DNA of 64,000 nucleotides from an uncultured Chloroflexia bacterium (GCA_963825525.1 CAWGTN010000003.1:1-64000), one strand, 5' to 3'; positions 50,237 to 60,147 are shown, counted from the stretch's first letter. Notes: a model not told the origin generated them from the sequence alone. A program made the numbers and translations.

Positions 50237-53072
50237 GTGGCCTCCGAGCAATGGGAAGCACCACCTGTGCCGCCGATCGTAGGTCGCGAGCGCGAGTTGA
50301 GCCTGGTCCGCCGGTTCCTTGAGGATGTCGGGGAGCGTGCGGGCGCACTCCACCTGCACGGCGAGGCGGGGATCGGCAAGAGCACGCTGTGGAGCGCGGC
50401 CATCGCGGACGCCGATGGGATGGGGTTCCGCGTTGTCACGACGCGGCCGACCCAGGCGGAGGGTCGGCTCCCCTTCGCCGGCCTGAACGACCTGTTCGGC
50501 GACCTCGTCGACGAGGTCGCGCTCGACATGCCAGCCCCACAGCGAGCTGCGCTCGATGTCGCCTTCCTGAGGTCCGCAGCGGAGGACTCCATCCCGGAGC
50601 CGCTTGCGATCTCGCTTGCCGTGTTGACGCTGCTCCGCGGCGCAGCTGAGCGCAAGCCGCTCATCCTTGCGATCGACGATGCCCCGTGGCTCGACGAGTC
50701 GACCGCGTCGGTCCTCGAGTTCGCGCTTAGGCGGCTCGAGCACGAGCGAATCGGCGTGCTGGTGGCAGAGCGAACCGTCGGCGGCAAGATTGAGGCACAC
50801 ATCGTGTCGGCCATGCCCGCCGAGCGAGTGAACGAACTCCGAGTGGCCCCACTCACCAAGGCCGCTACCGAACGCCTGCTCGCATCGGTCCTCGACCTCG
50901 AGCTGCCGCCAAGCACGGCCGCGCGGGTGCATCGAACATCCGGCGGCAATCCGTTCTACGCGGTCGAGATCGGGCGAGCGCTGCAGCGTCGAGGTGACCT
51001 TCGCCTCGAAGGCGACCTCCTCCCGGTGCCCGACTCGCTCTCCGAGCTCCTCCGGGATCGGCTCGATGAGCTCTCGGCCGTCGCATCGGATGTCGTCGAG
51101 ATCGCATCGGCGCTGTCGCGTCCGACCAGGCAGCTGCTCTCCGCCCTGATGGGTACCTCCGAAACCGATGCGGGCCTGCAGGAGGCGGTTGCGGCACGCG
51201 TCGTCCAATTGGAGGGCGACGCCATCCGGTTCACCCATCCGCTGCTCGCCGCCGAGCTGTACGCCGGGCTGGGTGATACGCGACGACGTGAGCTCCATCG
51301 GCGACTCGCCGGCCTCGTGTCCGAGCCCGAGGAGCGCGCGCGACACGTCGCCCTGGCAGCCGATGGCCCCGACGAGGCGGTCGCCGCCGAGCTCGAGGTT
51401 GCGGCCGAACGGGCCTACGCCCGAGGGGCACCCGACGCAGCGGCCGATTTCGCCGAGCAGGCGCTGTCGCTCACGCCGGTGCCCGAGGTTCGCGCGCGGC
51501 GTCTCCAGGTTGTCGCTCGCTACCACGTGCCGGCCGGCGACCTCACGCGAGCCGGGGAGCGGCTGGAGGAGGCGCTTGCCATGGCGCCGGCGGGCGAGGC
51601 CCGGGCCGAGATCCTCCTGCGTCTCGCGGAGGTTCGGCTCCTCACCGGCGATTGGCTCGCGGCCGAGCACCTGCTGGATGAGGCGCTGACCCTGGCTGGC
51701 GGCAGCCCACACCTGGAGATCGAGATCCGACTTCAACTCGGAGGTGTTGCCCACATCACCACGCGCCGCTGGACGGCCGGGGCCAAGCACGTGACCGAGG
51801 CCATGCGCATTGCCGAGGCTCTCGGCGATCCCGCGATGCTGGCCCGGACGATCGGTCCATACGCCACGTGGCGCTATCTCACCGGCGCCGGGATTCCGGC
51901 CGGCATCGAGAATCGGGCGGCCGAGCTGGAGCCGTGGACCAGCCACCTGCGAGCCATGGACCATCCGACGTTTGACTTCGCCGGTCTGCGCTGGCGCGAG
52001 GGGGATGTCGCCGGCTTTCGCGAGCTGGAACAGGCCCTGCTCGACCGAGCCGAGCGCAACGGCGATTACTCGAGCATCCCGTTCCTGCTCGGCAATCTCG
52101 TTCGTGCGGATCTTGCCGAAGGCAGGCCCGATGTCGCCGTTGATCGGCTCGAGCGCGCGGAGCGGCTGGCCAGAGCTACCGGTCAGGCGACCGGCTTGGC
52201 GCATGTTCTCCTGTATCGGACGCTCATGCTCGCGCGCCTCGGCCGGCCCGACGAAGCGTGGGAAGTTGGTCGCGGTTGCCTCGACCTCATCGCAAGGACC
52301 GGCTGGAATGTCGGGGAGCCCGGTGTCCGGATCGAGCTTGCGTTGCTCGAGCTGTCCCGCCGGGATGCGGCCCGGGCGCTCGAGGTTCTCGAGCCGTTCG
52401 GGACGCTGCCGACCATGCGTGGCAGCCCATGGGTCGTGTGGCACGGGGCGGTGTATGCCGAGGCCCTCATCGGCGTGGGGCGGCTCGACGAGGCGAGAGC
52501 CCTGTTGCAGGAATGGACCCGCCGTGCGCCGATGCGACGATCGGCTACCCAGATGCGCCACGTGGTCCGCGCCCGGGCACTCCTGGAGGCGGCGGCCGGC
52601 AACGTTGATGCCGCGGCCGAGCTGCTTGCATCGGCCCAGGCGGCCTTCGATGCATCCGGCAACCGATGGGGCCTGGCGCGCACCGCACTGCTGGCCGGCG
52701 AGATTCATCGCCGCGCGCGCCGGCGGAGCATCGCCAGGGCGGCCCTCGAGCAGGCCGAGCGGACTGTTCGGCGAGCTTGGCTCGGTCCTGTGGGCGGCGC
52801 ACGCGCGCGACCAGCTGCAGAGGATCGGCGCGGGCAGAGACGAGGTTGGTGGACTGACGCCGACACAGCACCAGGTCGCTGAGCTCGCGGTGGATGGGCT
52901 GACGAATCGGCAGATCGGCGACCGATTGTTCATGAGTGTGCACACCGTCGAGGCACATCTCAGCGCGGTCTATCGAGCGCTCGAGATCGGGGGCAGGCGC
53001 GAGCTGGGACCGGCGCTCGAAGGGCGGGCAGGTGCTGTCGGCGCGGCCGAAGCTTTGCCGAAGCAGGATTGA
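50237..53072 (+). CDS. STAND/AAA ATPase-LuxR (LAL-type) regulator, frameshift near 52760
   Basis: VGREREL, GEAGIGKS, IDDAPWLD, GGNPFY, FTHPL; LuxR HTH LTPTQHQVAEL...TVEAHLSAVYRAL in the shifted frame. Confidence 0.88.
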
Positions 53073-53079
53073 GGCGCCG

Positions 53080-53346
53080 CTAGGCGCTGCGGCGGATCTC
53101 CGCGCTGAGGCCGAGCAGCTGCGGATCCGCCATGAATGCGGTCACGGCGCGCTCGCCGAGCGTGGCAAGGGCAGCCGTGAGCGCGATTCGTGGCGTGGCA
53201 CCGATCCCGACCTCGGGCTCGCCTCCGAAGTCGGCGACTGCCAGCCACCGACCGTCGAGCTGACGGAGCCGTAGGTCGACGTCAAGGCCCAGCTCGGTCG
53301 AGGTCAGGCGGGTGTTGACGCTGATAAGGTGGGGCGGCTGATCCAT
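53080..53346 (-). CDS. small hypothetical protein
   Basis: MDQPPHLISVN...GRWLAVADFGGEPEVGIG; high-GC codon bias. Confidence 0.55.
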   Translation of the reverse strand: MDQPPHLISVNTRLTSTELGLDVDLRLRQLDGRWLAVADFGGEPEVGIGATPRIALTAALATLGERAVTAFMADPQLLGLSAEIRRSA

Positions 53347-53433
53347 GCCCGGACTGTGGGCCACCATTGCGACAGCTTGCCGGTCACGAATTCCCGTTCG
53401 AGCCGCGCGACCTCGTTCCCGGGAGGACGCACC

Positions 53434-54213
53434 ATGTCCGATGATCCGCTGCGAGACCAGGCCGACGCGGCCATCGACGTCCTCCAGCGTGCGACCCCGC
53501 CTCACGTCATCACCGATCTCGTCCTCTACGGGTCTGCCGCCACCGGCCGCGTGCGCCCGGACAGCGACCTCGACCTCCTGGCCGTGACCGCGCGCCGCCT
53601 GGCCGATGACGAGAAGCGACGGATCGTGGCGGGGCTGCTGCCGATCTCGGGTCGGACGACGCGTCCGCCCGGGTGGCGACCGCTGGAGCTCACGATCGTT
53701 GCGATCTCCGAGGTGCGGCCATGGCGCTATCCACCGCACATGGAGCTCCAGTACGGGGAGTGGCTGCGGGAGGACTTCCTCGCCGGCAATATCGAGCTCA
53801 GGGGCCCCGAGAATCCGGACATCGCCATCCTGCTCACCGATGCTCGCATCTCGGGTCGTGCTCTCATCGGCCGCGCGCCGGCGGAGCTCTTCGATCCCGT
53901 CCCTGCCGACGACCTGGAGCGCGCGATGGTCGAAGGCATTCCCGGCCTCCTCGCCGACCTCGCGGACGACACTCGGAACGTGCTCCTGACGCTCGCCCGA
54001 ATCTGGACGACCCTCGTCACGGGCAGGATTCGATCGAAGGACGAAGCCGCCGACTGGGCGCTCGCGCGACTGCCGGCGCAGGATCGGCCGTTGCTCGAGC
54101 GTGCCCGCGACCTGTATCGGTCAGGTGGCTACGGACTGTGGCCGGAGGCCGATGGGATCCGTCGCCTGACGGACGCGATGATCGCCGCCATCACCGCGGC
54201 TCGGGACGCCTAG
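53434..54213 (+). CDS. aminoglycoside adenylyltransferase family protein (ANT(3'')/ANT(9)-like)
   Basis: LYGSAATGRVRPDSDLDLL, RPLELT, PWRYPP..ELQYGEWLR, DTRNVLLTLARIW, SKDEAADW. Confidence 0.85.
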   Translation: MSDDPLRDQADAAIDVLQRATPPHVITDLVLYGSAATGRVRPDSDLDLLAVTARRLADDEKRRIVAGLLPISGRTTRPPGWRPLELTIVAISEVRPWRYPPHMELQYGEWLREDFLAGNIELRGPENPDIAILLTDARISGRALIGRAPAELFDPVPADDLERAMVEGIPGLLADLADDTRNVLLTLARIWTTLVTGRIRSKDEAADWALARLPAQDRPLLERARDLYRSGGYGLWPEADGIRRLTDAMIAAITAARDA

Positions 54214-55634
54214 CGGCGCGGCGCGAATCGCCCGTGATCGTGGATGCCGATGACCCGCCCCGACTCGTCCCGGATGAAGTAGCCGCGCGCGCCGGCGTAC
54301 GGACCGGAGTGGACGACAAAGCGGTCGCCCGGGCCGGCGAGCATCCACAGGGGGATCGGATCCTCGTGCACGTCGACGTCCTCGCCGAGTTGGGCGATGA
54401 CCTCGGGCGTCGAGGTCGACTCCAGCAGCAGGTGGTCGTCATTCACCCGAATCGCATCGATGGTCGAGACCGTCGCGAAGGTGCCCTCGTATTCCGCGAG
54501 CTCCTCCGCGGAGCGAGGCTCGCCGATTGGATCGGCGTCCTGAATGCCCAGGTAGTGGGCGAGCGCCCATCGGCGCATGCGCCGATTGAACAGCGGGCCG
54601 TTCGGCTCGGCGTTCGTCATCGAGATGATCGCGAATCGACGGTCCGGGGCCATCGCAAAGCCCGAATACTGGCCAAGCGTCGATCCGCCATGGGCGACGA
54701 TTCGCTCACCGCCGATATCCGACAGAAGCCACGAGATGCCGACGGCGTCGCTCAGGTCCGAACCGTGTGACTCGGCCGTGGGTTGCTGCATCCGCTCAAT
54801 GAGCCGCCGGGGAACAACCTGGGCTCCATCGGCCGCTTTGCCGCCATCGAGGTGGAAGCGCGCCCATCGGATCTGGTCCGATGCAGTCGCCGACATGCCG
54901 CCCATCGGGTTCCCGCTGCGAGCCATGGCCCACGGGCGCAGAACCCGGACTGTGCCGTCCGGCTCGCAACGGTGGCCGACGACGAAGCGTCGCGTCATGA
55001 CGTCGTTCGGCATGAACATCGTCATGTGCAGTCCGACGGGATCGAGAACAAGCTCGCGGAGCGCGGTTTCATACGGCATGCCGCTGACCTTCTCGATCAC
55101 GCGGCCGGCGAGGGCGAGCGACGCGTTGTTGTACGACACGACAAAGCCGGGCGGCGTCAGCTGCCGAAGCTCAGTCATGTGCGTGACGTACCGGGCCAGC
55201 GCATCATCCCCGTCGCCGGTATCGGTGAAGTCATCTCCGTCCCAACCCGCGGTGTGGTTGAGCAGCTGGAGCACGGTGACGGCCTCGGCCACTTCCGGAT
55301 CACGAAGCACGAGCTCCGGAACGTAGGTGCGTACCGGAGCGTGGAGATCGACCTTGCCGGCGTCGACCAGTCTCAGGAGCGCAACCGCGGTGAACGTCTT
55401 CCCCGTGGAGCCGAACTGGAACAGCGTCGAGCCGTCGACGGGAAGCGGATTCTCGACGCTCGTCACGCCGTGGAAGGCGAAGCGCTCCTGCTCGTCGTGG
55501 AAGACGCCGACGGCCACACCGGGGATCCCGAGTTCCTCGGCCAGCTCGCGGACCTGGGTCTGAAGCTGCTCGTCGATGTCCGGATCATACGGTCTCGGCC
55601 CGGGCCGCAAGGCTCGGTGGCACCGTTCTGACAT
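54210..55634 (-). CDS. serine hydrolase, beta-lactamase/AmpC-like family; start uncertain
   Basis: FGSTGK (SxxK), LLNHTAG, YNN, HGGS. Confidence 0.85.
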   Translation of the reverse strand: MSERCHRALRPGPRPYDPDIDEQLQTQVRELAEELGIPGVAVGVFHDEQERFAFHGVTSVENPLPVDGSTLFQFGSTGKTFTAVALLRLVDAGKVDLHAPVRTYVPELVLRDPEVAEAVTVLQLLNHTAGWDGDDFTDTGDGDDALARYVTHMTELRQLTPPGFVVSYNNASLALAGRVIEKVSGMPYETALRELVLDPVGLHMTMFMPNDVMTRRFVVGHRCEPDGTVRVLRPWAMARSGNPMGGMSATASDQIRWARFHLDGGKAADGAQVVPRRLIERMQQPTAESHGSDLSDAVGISWLLSDIGGERIVAHGGSTLGQYSGFAMAPDRRFAIISMTNAEPNGPLFNRRMRRWALAHYLGIQDADPIGEPRSAEELAEYEGTFATVSTIDAIRVNDDHLLLESTSTPEVIAQLGEDVDVHEDPIPLWMLAGPGDRFVVHSGPYAGARGYFIRDESGRVIGIHDHGRFAPRR

Positions 55635-55758
55635 ATGACCGCTGAGAGCGACATTAGCCGGCCGCCGCGGTGATCCGGCCAGGAATCCACGCTCAGCTCT
55701 GCGGGTTCATCGGCTCCGCGGCTTGCTAGTGCGAACCACAACTGCAGTTGTCAACGAG
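55626..55758 (+). repeat. palindromic intergenic element, family 1 copy 4 (diverged)
   Basis: CATTAGCCGGCC...TCCACGCTC...GCTAGTGCGAACC with the same spacing as copies 1-3. Confidence 0.7.
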
Positions 55759-55914
55759 AGGCGGCGCCCCGGGATTCGCCAGGTCATCTGCGGGATTCGG
55801 ACCGGGAGGACGCCCCGAAACCATAGGGTCGCGCGGAATTTCGCTTGTCGTCCAGCTCGCCGATGCTCGACTCCGAGATCGCCCGGAGGATCCGGCGACT
55901 GAAAGGAGCGAGAG

Positions 55915-56145
55915 ATGACTCAGGTACCCAAGACGGTTCGCGCAATTCCGCAGACCGTGATCGTTCTCCTGGCCGCTGCACTGATGACGGTCGTCATCAT
56001 CAGCGCGATGCTGGTAGCAGGCACGCCGAACCTCTTCGGCGACCCGGGACCCGGGGCGAACCCCAGATCCCCGAGCCCAGCGCTTCTGGCGGCAGAGCGC
56101 GAGTGGGAGCGGCAGCGCATCCTGCAGATGAGCGGTCGCCCGTAG
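55915..56145 (+). CDS. small single-TM or secreted hypothetical protein
   Basis: Strong AAAGGAG RBS, hydrophobic N-terminus, followed by a hairpin. Confidence 0.65.
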   Translation: MTQVPKTVRAIPQTVIVLLAAALMTVVIISAMLVAGTPNLFGDPGPGANPRSPSPALLAAEREWERQRILQMSGRP

Positions 56146-56161
56146 CGCGTTCCCTCCGACG

Positions 56162-56200
56162 ATCCCGGTCGCGATCACCGTATCGCGGCCGGGATATTCT
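56162..56200 (+). terminator. intrinsic terminator-like hairpin
   Basis: ATCCCGGTCGCGAT-N6-ATCGCGGCCGGGAT then ATTCT. Confidence 0.6.
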
Positions 56201-56216
56201 GTGCGCCCGACACTCA

Positions 56217-56322
56217 GACCGTGATGACCGAGAGTGAGCGCGTCACAGGCGTCGAACTGGCGGAGCGTGGCTCAGACGTGGTGCGCGAACGCGTCGTCGC
56301 GCATCGATTTTTCGTCATGGTC
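56217..56322 (-). repeat. palindromic element with unique arms and the shared CCACGCTC core
   Basis: GACCGTGATGA / TCGTCATGGTC arms; GAGCGTGGCT at the centre (56263..56272). Confidence 0.45.
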
Positions 56323-56345
56323 GTGGATCATCGGCGACGAAGGCC

Positions 56346-56627
56346 CTACTCGCGCCCGACCGACGTGATCTCGATGTCGATGATCTCGCCCATGCCGACG
56401 CCCGCCGCTTTCCTCATGGCCTTGCTGACGCTCAACGCGAGACGCCCGCGGCCGGCGGGCATGACATTCGAGGCGAAGTCGGCGCCGCCGATGGTGCCGC
56501 GCACCCTCTGCTGCTTCAGGCCACCGATCGCCGCGATGTGCTCGCTCTCGATGTCGGCCACCGCCAGGCCGCTGTCCTTCTCCGGATTCCAGTAGCGGAG
56601 CAGCGCCCGGAAGCGAATCGGCTCCAC
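56346..56627 (-). CDS. DUF1905-like protein
   Basis: QRVRGTIGGADFASNVMPAG...VSKAMRKAAGVGMGE. Confidence 0.75.
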   Translation of the reverse strand: MEPIRFRALLRYWNPEKDSGLAVADIESEHIAAIGGLKQQRVRGTIGGADFASNVMPAGRGRLALSVSKAMRKAAGVGMGEIIDIEITSVGRE

Positions 56628-56814
56628 TGATCGGGCGCCGACTACTTCGGTGCCGAGGCCTTCTTCTTTTTCTGCTTCTTGTCCTTGCTCTTGGATCCCG
56701 GTCCCTTGTCGCCCATCTTGCGGTGTCCTCCGCTACAGCGGGGTCGGCGCGACGCGTCGGCCTGCCATCGGTATCGTGCGCCGTCGGGTCAAGGCCCTGC
56801 ACAGGGCGCGTCCC

Positions 56815-56992
56815 TCGATATATCGAGGCGTCGTTCACATGAGGGCCGATTGACGCGTCGATCCCGCGATCTATCGAGCGCGCGAGAGCGTGAGACGTAC
56901 CCTGGCGCGCGCGCTCATGCCCACACGCACTCGATCTATCGAGGATTTGACGCGCGCCGAGGACCACAGGCGCATTCCCTTCGATAGATCGA
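56815..56992 (+). repeat. palindromic intergenic element, family 3 copy 1
   Basis: Four TCGATCTATCGA-like dyads at 56815, 56866, 56931 and 56981. Confidence 0.85.
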
Positions 56993-57071
56993 CGGGATGA
57001 GCCGCTCGCGCCACCGCGCGGCATGGCCAAACGGGACCTCCGGCACATGCCTGACGGGCCGCTCGGCACTG

Positions 57072-57087
57072 ATGCGCATCTGCGCAT
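57072..57087 (+). promoter_or_regulatory. putative ArsR operator
   Basis: Perfect dyad ATGCGCA-TC-TGCGCAT ending 18 bp before the ArsR start. Confidence 0.55.
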
Positions 57088-57105
57088 GTGCGAGATGGTG
57101 TCGCC

Positions 57106-57465
57106 ATGGACGACATCTACGAGATCCAGGCGGATGTGCTTCGAGCGCTCAGCAACGCGCGGCGGCTCGAGATCATCCACTGGCTGGCCCAGGGTCCATG
57201 CGACGTCGGAACGCTCGCCGACCGCATGGCGATTGCCCAGCCGAACCTCAGCCAGCACCTGGCGCTCATGCGTTCGACCGGCATCGTCGAGGGGGAGCGG
57301 CGGGGCCGCGAGATCCGCTATCGGCTCATCGACCCGGACATCGTTCGGGCCTGCGGCCTGATGCGCGGGGTGATCGAGCGTCGGGTTGCCCGTCTGGCCG
57401 ATGCCACCCGGACGACCGGATCCGTCCCGCTTGCCGCGCCCCACTCGACGACCACACAGAGGTAG
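57106..57465 (+). CDS. ArsR/SmtB-family repressor (two Cys, possibly persulfide-sensing)
   Basis: RALSNARRLEII...QPNLSQHLALMRSTGIV; Cys in GPCDV and RACGL. Confidence 0.88.
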   Translation: MDDIYEIQADVLRALSNARRLEIIHWLAQGPCDVGTLADRMAIAQPNLSQHLALMRSTGIVEGERRGREIRYRLIDPDIVRACGLMRGVIERRVARLADATRTTGSVPLAAPHSTTTQR

Positions 57466-57470
57466 CTCCC

Positions 57471-57884
57471 ATGGACGAACCGCTTGCCATCTCACTCTTC
57501 TCCGGCACCGACGACAAGCTGCAGGCAGCCGCGGTCCTGACCGCGGGCGCGGCGGCGGTCGGACGGCCGGTCCACATCTTTCTCCAGTACTGGGGCCTTG
57601 ACGCGTTTCGTGCCAACGGCGCGTCGCGTGAACGACTCCTTGCGCCCGAGGCCGGACCCGAGGGTCTTGCCGCGGTCGAAGCGCTCGCTGCCGCCGGACA
57701 GGCCAGCTGGCGCGACACGCTGGCGCAGGCGAAGGAGATCGGCGCTGTCGATATCCAGGCCTGCTCCCTCTCGATGGATCTTCTCAACCTGGGTCCCGAC
57801 GACCTCGACCCGATGGTCGATGGCGTCGAGGGCGTGACCGCCTTCTGGCTGGCCGCGTCCGAGGGCCAGGTGCTGTTCATCTAA
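57471..57884 (+). CDS. DsrE/DsrF/DrsH-like protein
   Basis: FLQYWGLDAF...IQACSLSMD...QVLFI. Confidence 0.8.
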   Translation: MDEPLAISLFSGTDDKLQAAAVLTAGAAAVGRPVHIFLQYWGLDAFRANGASRERLLAPEAGPEGLAAVEALAAAGQASWRDTLAQAKEIGAVDIQACSLSMDLLNLGPDDLDPMVDGVEGVTAFWLAASEGQVLFI

Positions 57885-57895
57885 GGAGTTACGAC

Positions 57896-58129
57896 ATGAC
57901 CATTGCCATTTCGCAATCACTGGACGCGCGAAACCTCTCGTGCCCGATGCCGATCGTGAAGACCGCCATCGCCATCAAGACGCTCGCCTCTGGCGACGTC
58001 CTGGAGGTGCTCGCGACCGATCCCGGATCGGTCAAGGACTTCGACGCCTGGTCGAAGGTCACCGGGAACGAGCTCATCGAATCCGACGCGCAGGACGGCG
58101 TCTTCCGCTTCGTCCTGCGCAAGAAGTGA
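57896..58129 (+). CDS. tusA: TusA-family sulfurtransferase
   Basis: LDARNLSCPMPIVK...ATDPGS. Confidence 0.9.
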   Translation: MTIAISQSLDARNLSCPMPIVKTAIAIKTLASGDVLEVLATDPGSVKDFDAWSKVTGNELIESDAQDGVFRFVLRKK

Positions 58130-58139
58130 GGCACCCACG

Positions 58140-58718
58140 ATGACAGTCACCACCCGTGACCCAGACATCACTCGCAACGCCGAAACTCCGCCCGACGCGG
58201 AAGCTGAGGCCGCCGCGACCCTCCTGAGCGAGCACCCGGCCAAGACCAACTCGCTGGTGATCATCGCCGAGAGCGGTGACCTCGAGAAGACCTGGGCAAC
58301 CACCATCATGGCGTCCACTGCGGCCGCCTCCGGGATGGAGGTCTCGATCTTCTTCACCTTCTGGGGCTTCTTCCCGCTCGTACGGCCCGAGAAGCGGATC
58401 ACCGGCACCAACTGGATGCAGCGGGCGCTTTCGATCATGAACCGACCGGGCATCGACCACCTGAAGCTCAGCCGCATGAACTTCATGGGCATGGGCCCCT
58501 GGATGATGAAGCGACTCGCGCGCCAGTACGGCGTCGCGTCGCCCGGCGAGCTGCTCACCGCGGCCCAGGCGATGGGCGTGAAGCTCCTGCCCTGCCAGAT
58601 GAGCATGGACCTGCTCGGCTTCTCCCGCGACGACCTGATCGATGGGCTGGAAGAGCCCGTCGGCGCTGCCACCGTGCTCCAGCTGATCGCCAGCGGCACG
58701 CCGGCCATCTTCATCTGA
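58140..58718 (+). CDS. DsrE2 / DrsH-like protein
   Basis: IFFTFWG, LSRMNFMGMG, PCQMSMDLLG, AIFI. Confidence 0.88.
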   Translation: MTVTTRDPDITRNAETPPDAEAEAAATLLSEHPAKTNSLVIIAESGDLEKTWATTIMASTAAASGMEVSIFFTFWGFFPLVRPEKRITGTNWMQRALSIMNRPGIDHLKLSRMNFMGMGPWMMKRLARQYGVASPGELLTAAQAMGVKLLPCQMSMDLLGFSRDDLIDGLEEPVGAATVLQLIASGTPAIFI

Positions 58719-58730
58719 AAGGACGAGATC

Positions 58731-58979
58731 ATGATTCAGACCGATACCCAGGCATTCACGCGCACGATCGACGCCCGCGGCAGCTACTGCCCGGGGCCGC
58801 TCATGGAGCTCATCCGTGCGATCCGTGAAGGCTCGGCCGGCGACGTCATCGCCGTGCAGTCCTCGGACAACGGATCCCGAATCGATATTCCCAAGTGGGT
58901 GGAAAAGGCGGGCCATCGGCTCATCGGCGTCACCCAACGCGACGGCTACGACGAGATCGTGGTCGAGCAGAAGCGCTAG
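58731..58979 (+). CDS. tusA: TusA-family sulfurtransferase
   Basis: IDARGSYCPGPLMEL. Confidence 0.88.
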   Translation: MIQTDTQAFTRTIDARGSYCPGPLMELIRAIREGSAGDVIAVQSSDNGSRIDIPKWVEKAGHRLIGVTQRDGYDEIVVEQKR

Positions 58980-58989
58980 GAGGCTCTTG

Positions 58990-60147
58990 ATGAAGCACGT
59001 TGTAGTGGTCGGTGGCGGGGTCGGGGGAACCCTGTCCGCCAACCTCATGTCCCGAAAGCTCTCGCGCGAGATCGACCGTGGCGACGTCAGCGTCACCGTG
59101 GTGGACATCGCCGGTGAGCACGTCTACCAGCCCGGCTACATGTACATCGCCATGGGCAACCAGAAGCCCGAGGGTCTGATTCGCCCCGAGCGAGGCCTTC
59201 TCGATCGGCGCGTGCGGCTCGAAGTTGGCGAGGTGACGCGCATCGACGAGGCGTCCCAGCTCGTGGAGCTGGCCAGCGGAGCTCGTCTGCCGTACGACGA
59301 GCTCGTTCTGTCGCCGGGGGCTCGAATCCTCCCTGAGCTGATCGACAACTTCGCCGAGGAGGCGCATCACTTCTATGGCCCGGAGGCTGCCCAGCGCCTC
59401 CGCGAGGCACTCGACGCGTTCGAGGGCGGCAAGATCGTCATCGGCATCGCCGGGATGCCCTACAAATGCCCGCCCGCGCCACTCGAGGTTGCATTCCTCA
59501 TCGAGTCCGAGCTGCGCGATCGCGGCCTGCGCGACAAGAGCGAGCTGCACTTCTGCTCGCCCATCGGCCGCGCCTTCACGATCGAGACCGTCAGCGACAT
59601 GGCGACACCGATCCTGGCCGAGAAGGGGATCGAGCTCCACACCTTCTTCAACGTCGAGACGATCAATCGCGAGCGGAAGGTCGTCGAAAGCCTGGAAGGA
59701 GAGGAGCTGCCGTACGACCTCCTGATCCTCGTGCCGCCGCATCGCGGTGCGCAGTTCCTCATCGACTCGGGACTTGCCCCTGCGCCGGGCGGATGGCTCC
59801 CGACCGACAAGCACACCCTCGAGGTCGGCGGGCGCGAGAACATCCACGCGCTGGGCGATGCCACGGACCTCCCGCTTTCCAAGGCCGGCTCAACGGCGCA
59901 CTTCGAGGCTCCGATCGTTGCTGAGCGCGTCTCGGCCGCCATCCAGGATCGTCAGCCTGACGGGAAGCACGCCGAGTACACCGGCAAGGTCATGTGCTTC
60001 TTCGAGGTCGGCGACGGGAAGGGGACCCTGCTCCAGTTCGACTACGACAACCCGCCGAAGCCGCCCACGCCGAACCGGCTGTGGCACCTCGGCAAGGTGG
60101 CGTTCAACAAGGCGTACTGGATGACCGTTCCGCGCGGTCGCGTCTGA
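58990..60147 (+). CDS. sqr: sulfide:quinone oxidoreductase (type III-like)
   Basis: VVGGGVGG, YQPG, YKCPPAPLE, LGDATD, VMCFFE. Confidence 0.85.
   Translation: MKHVVVVGGGVGGTLSANLMSRKLSREIDRGDVSVTVVDIAGEHVYQPGYMYIAMGNQKPEGLIRPERGLLDRRVRLEVGEVTRIDEASQLVELASGARLPYDELVLSPGARILPELIDNFAEEAHHFYGPEAAQRLREALDAFEGGKIVIGIAGMPYKCPPAPLEVAFLIESELRDRGLRDKSELHFCSPIGRAFTIETVSDMATPILAEKGIELHTFFNVETINRERKVVESLEGEELPYDLLILVPPHRGAQFLIDSGLAPAPGGWLPTDKHTLEVGGRENIHALGDATDLPLSKAGSTAHFEAPIVAERVSAAIQDRQPDGKHAEYTGKVMCFFEVGDGKGTLLQFDYDNPPKPPTPNRLWHLGKVAFNKAYWMTVPRGRV

Noticed and set aside
50231-52945. Long antisense ORFs (e.g. 904 aa here; also 19238..20494 and 39220..40377)
   Set aside because: Shadow frames of real high-GC genes on the opposite strand, with no domain signal.
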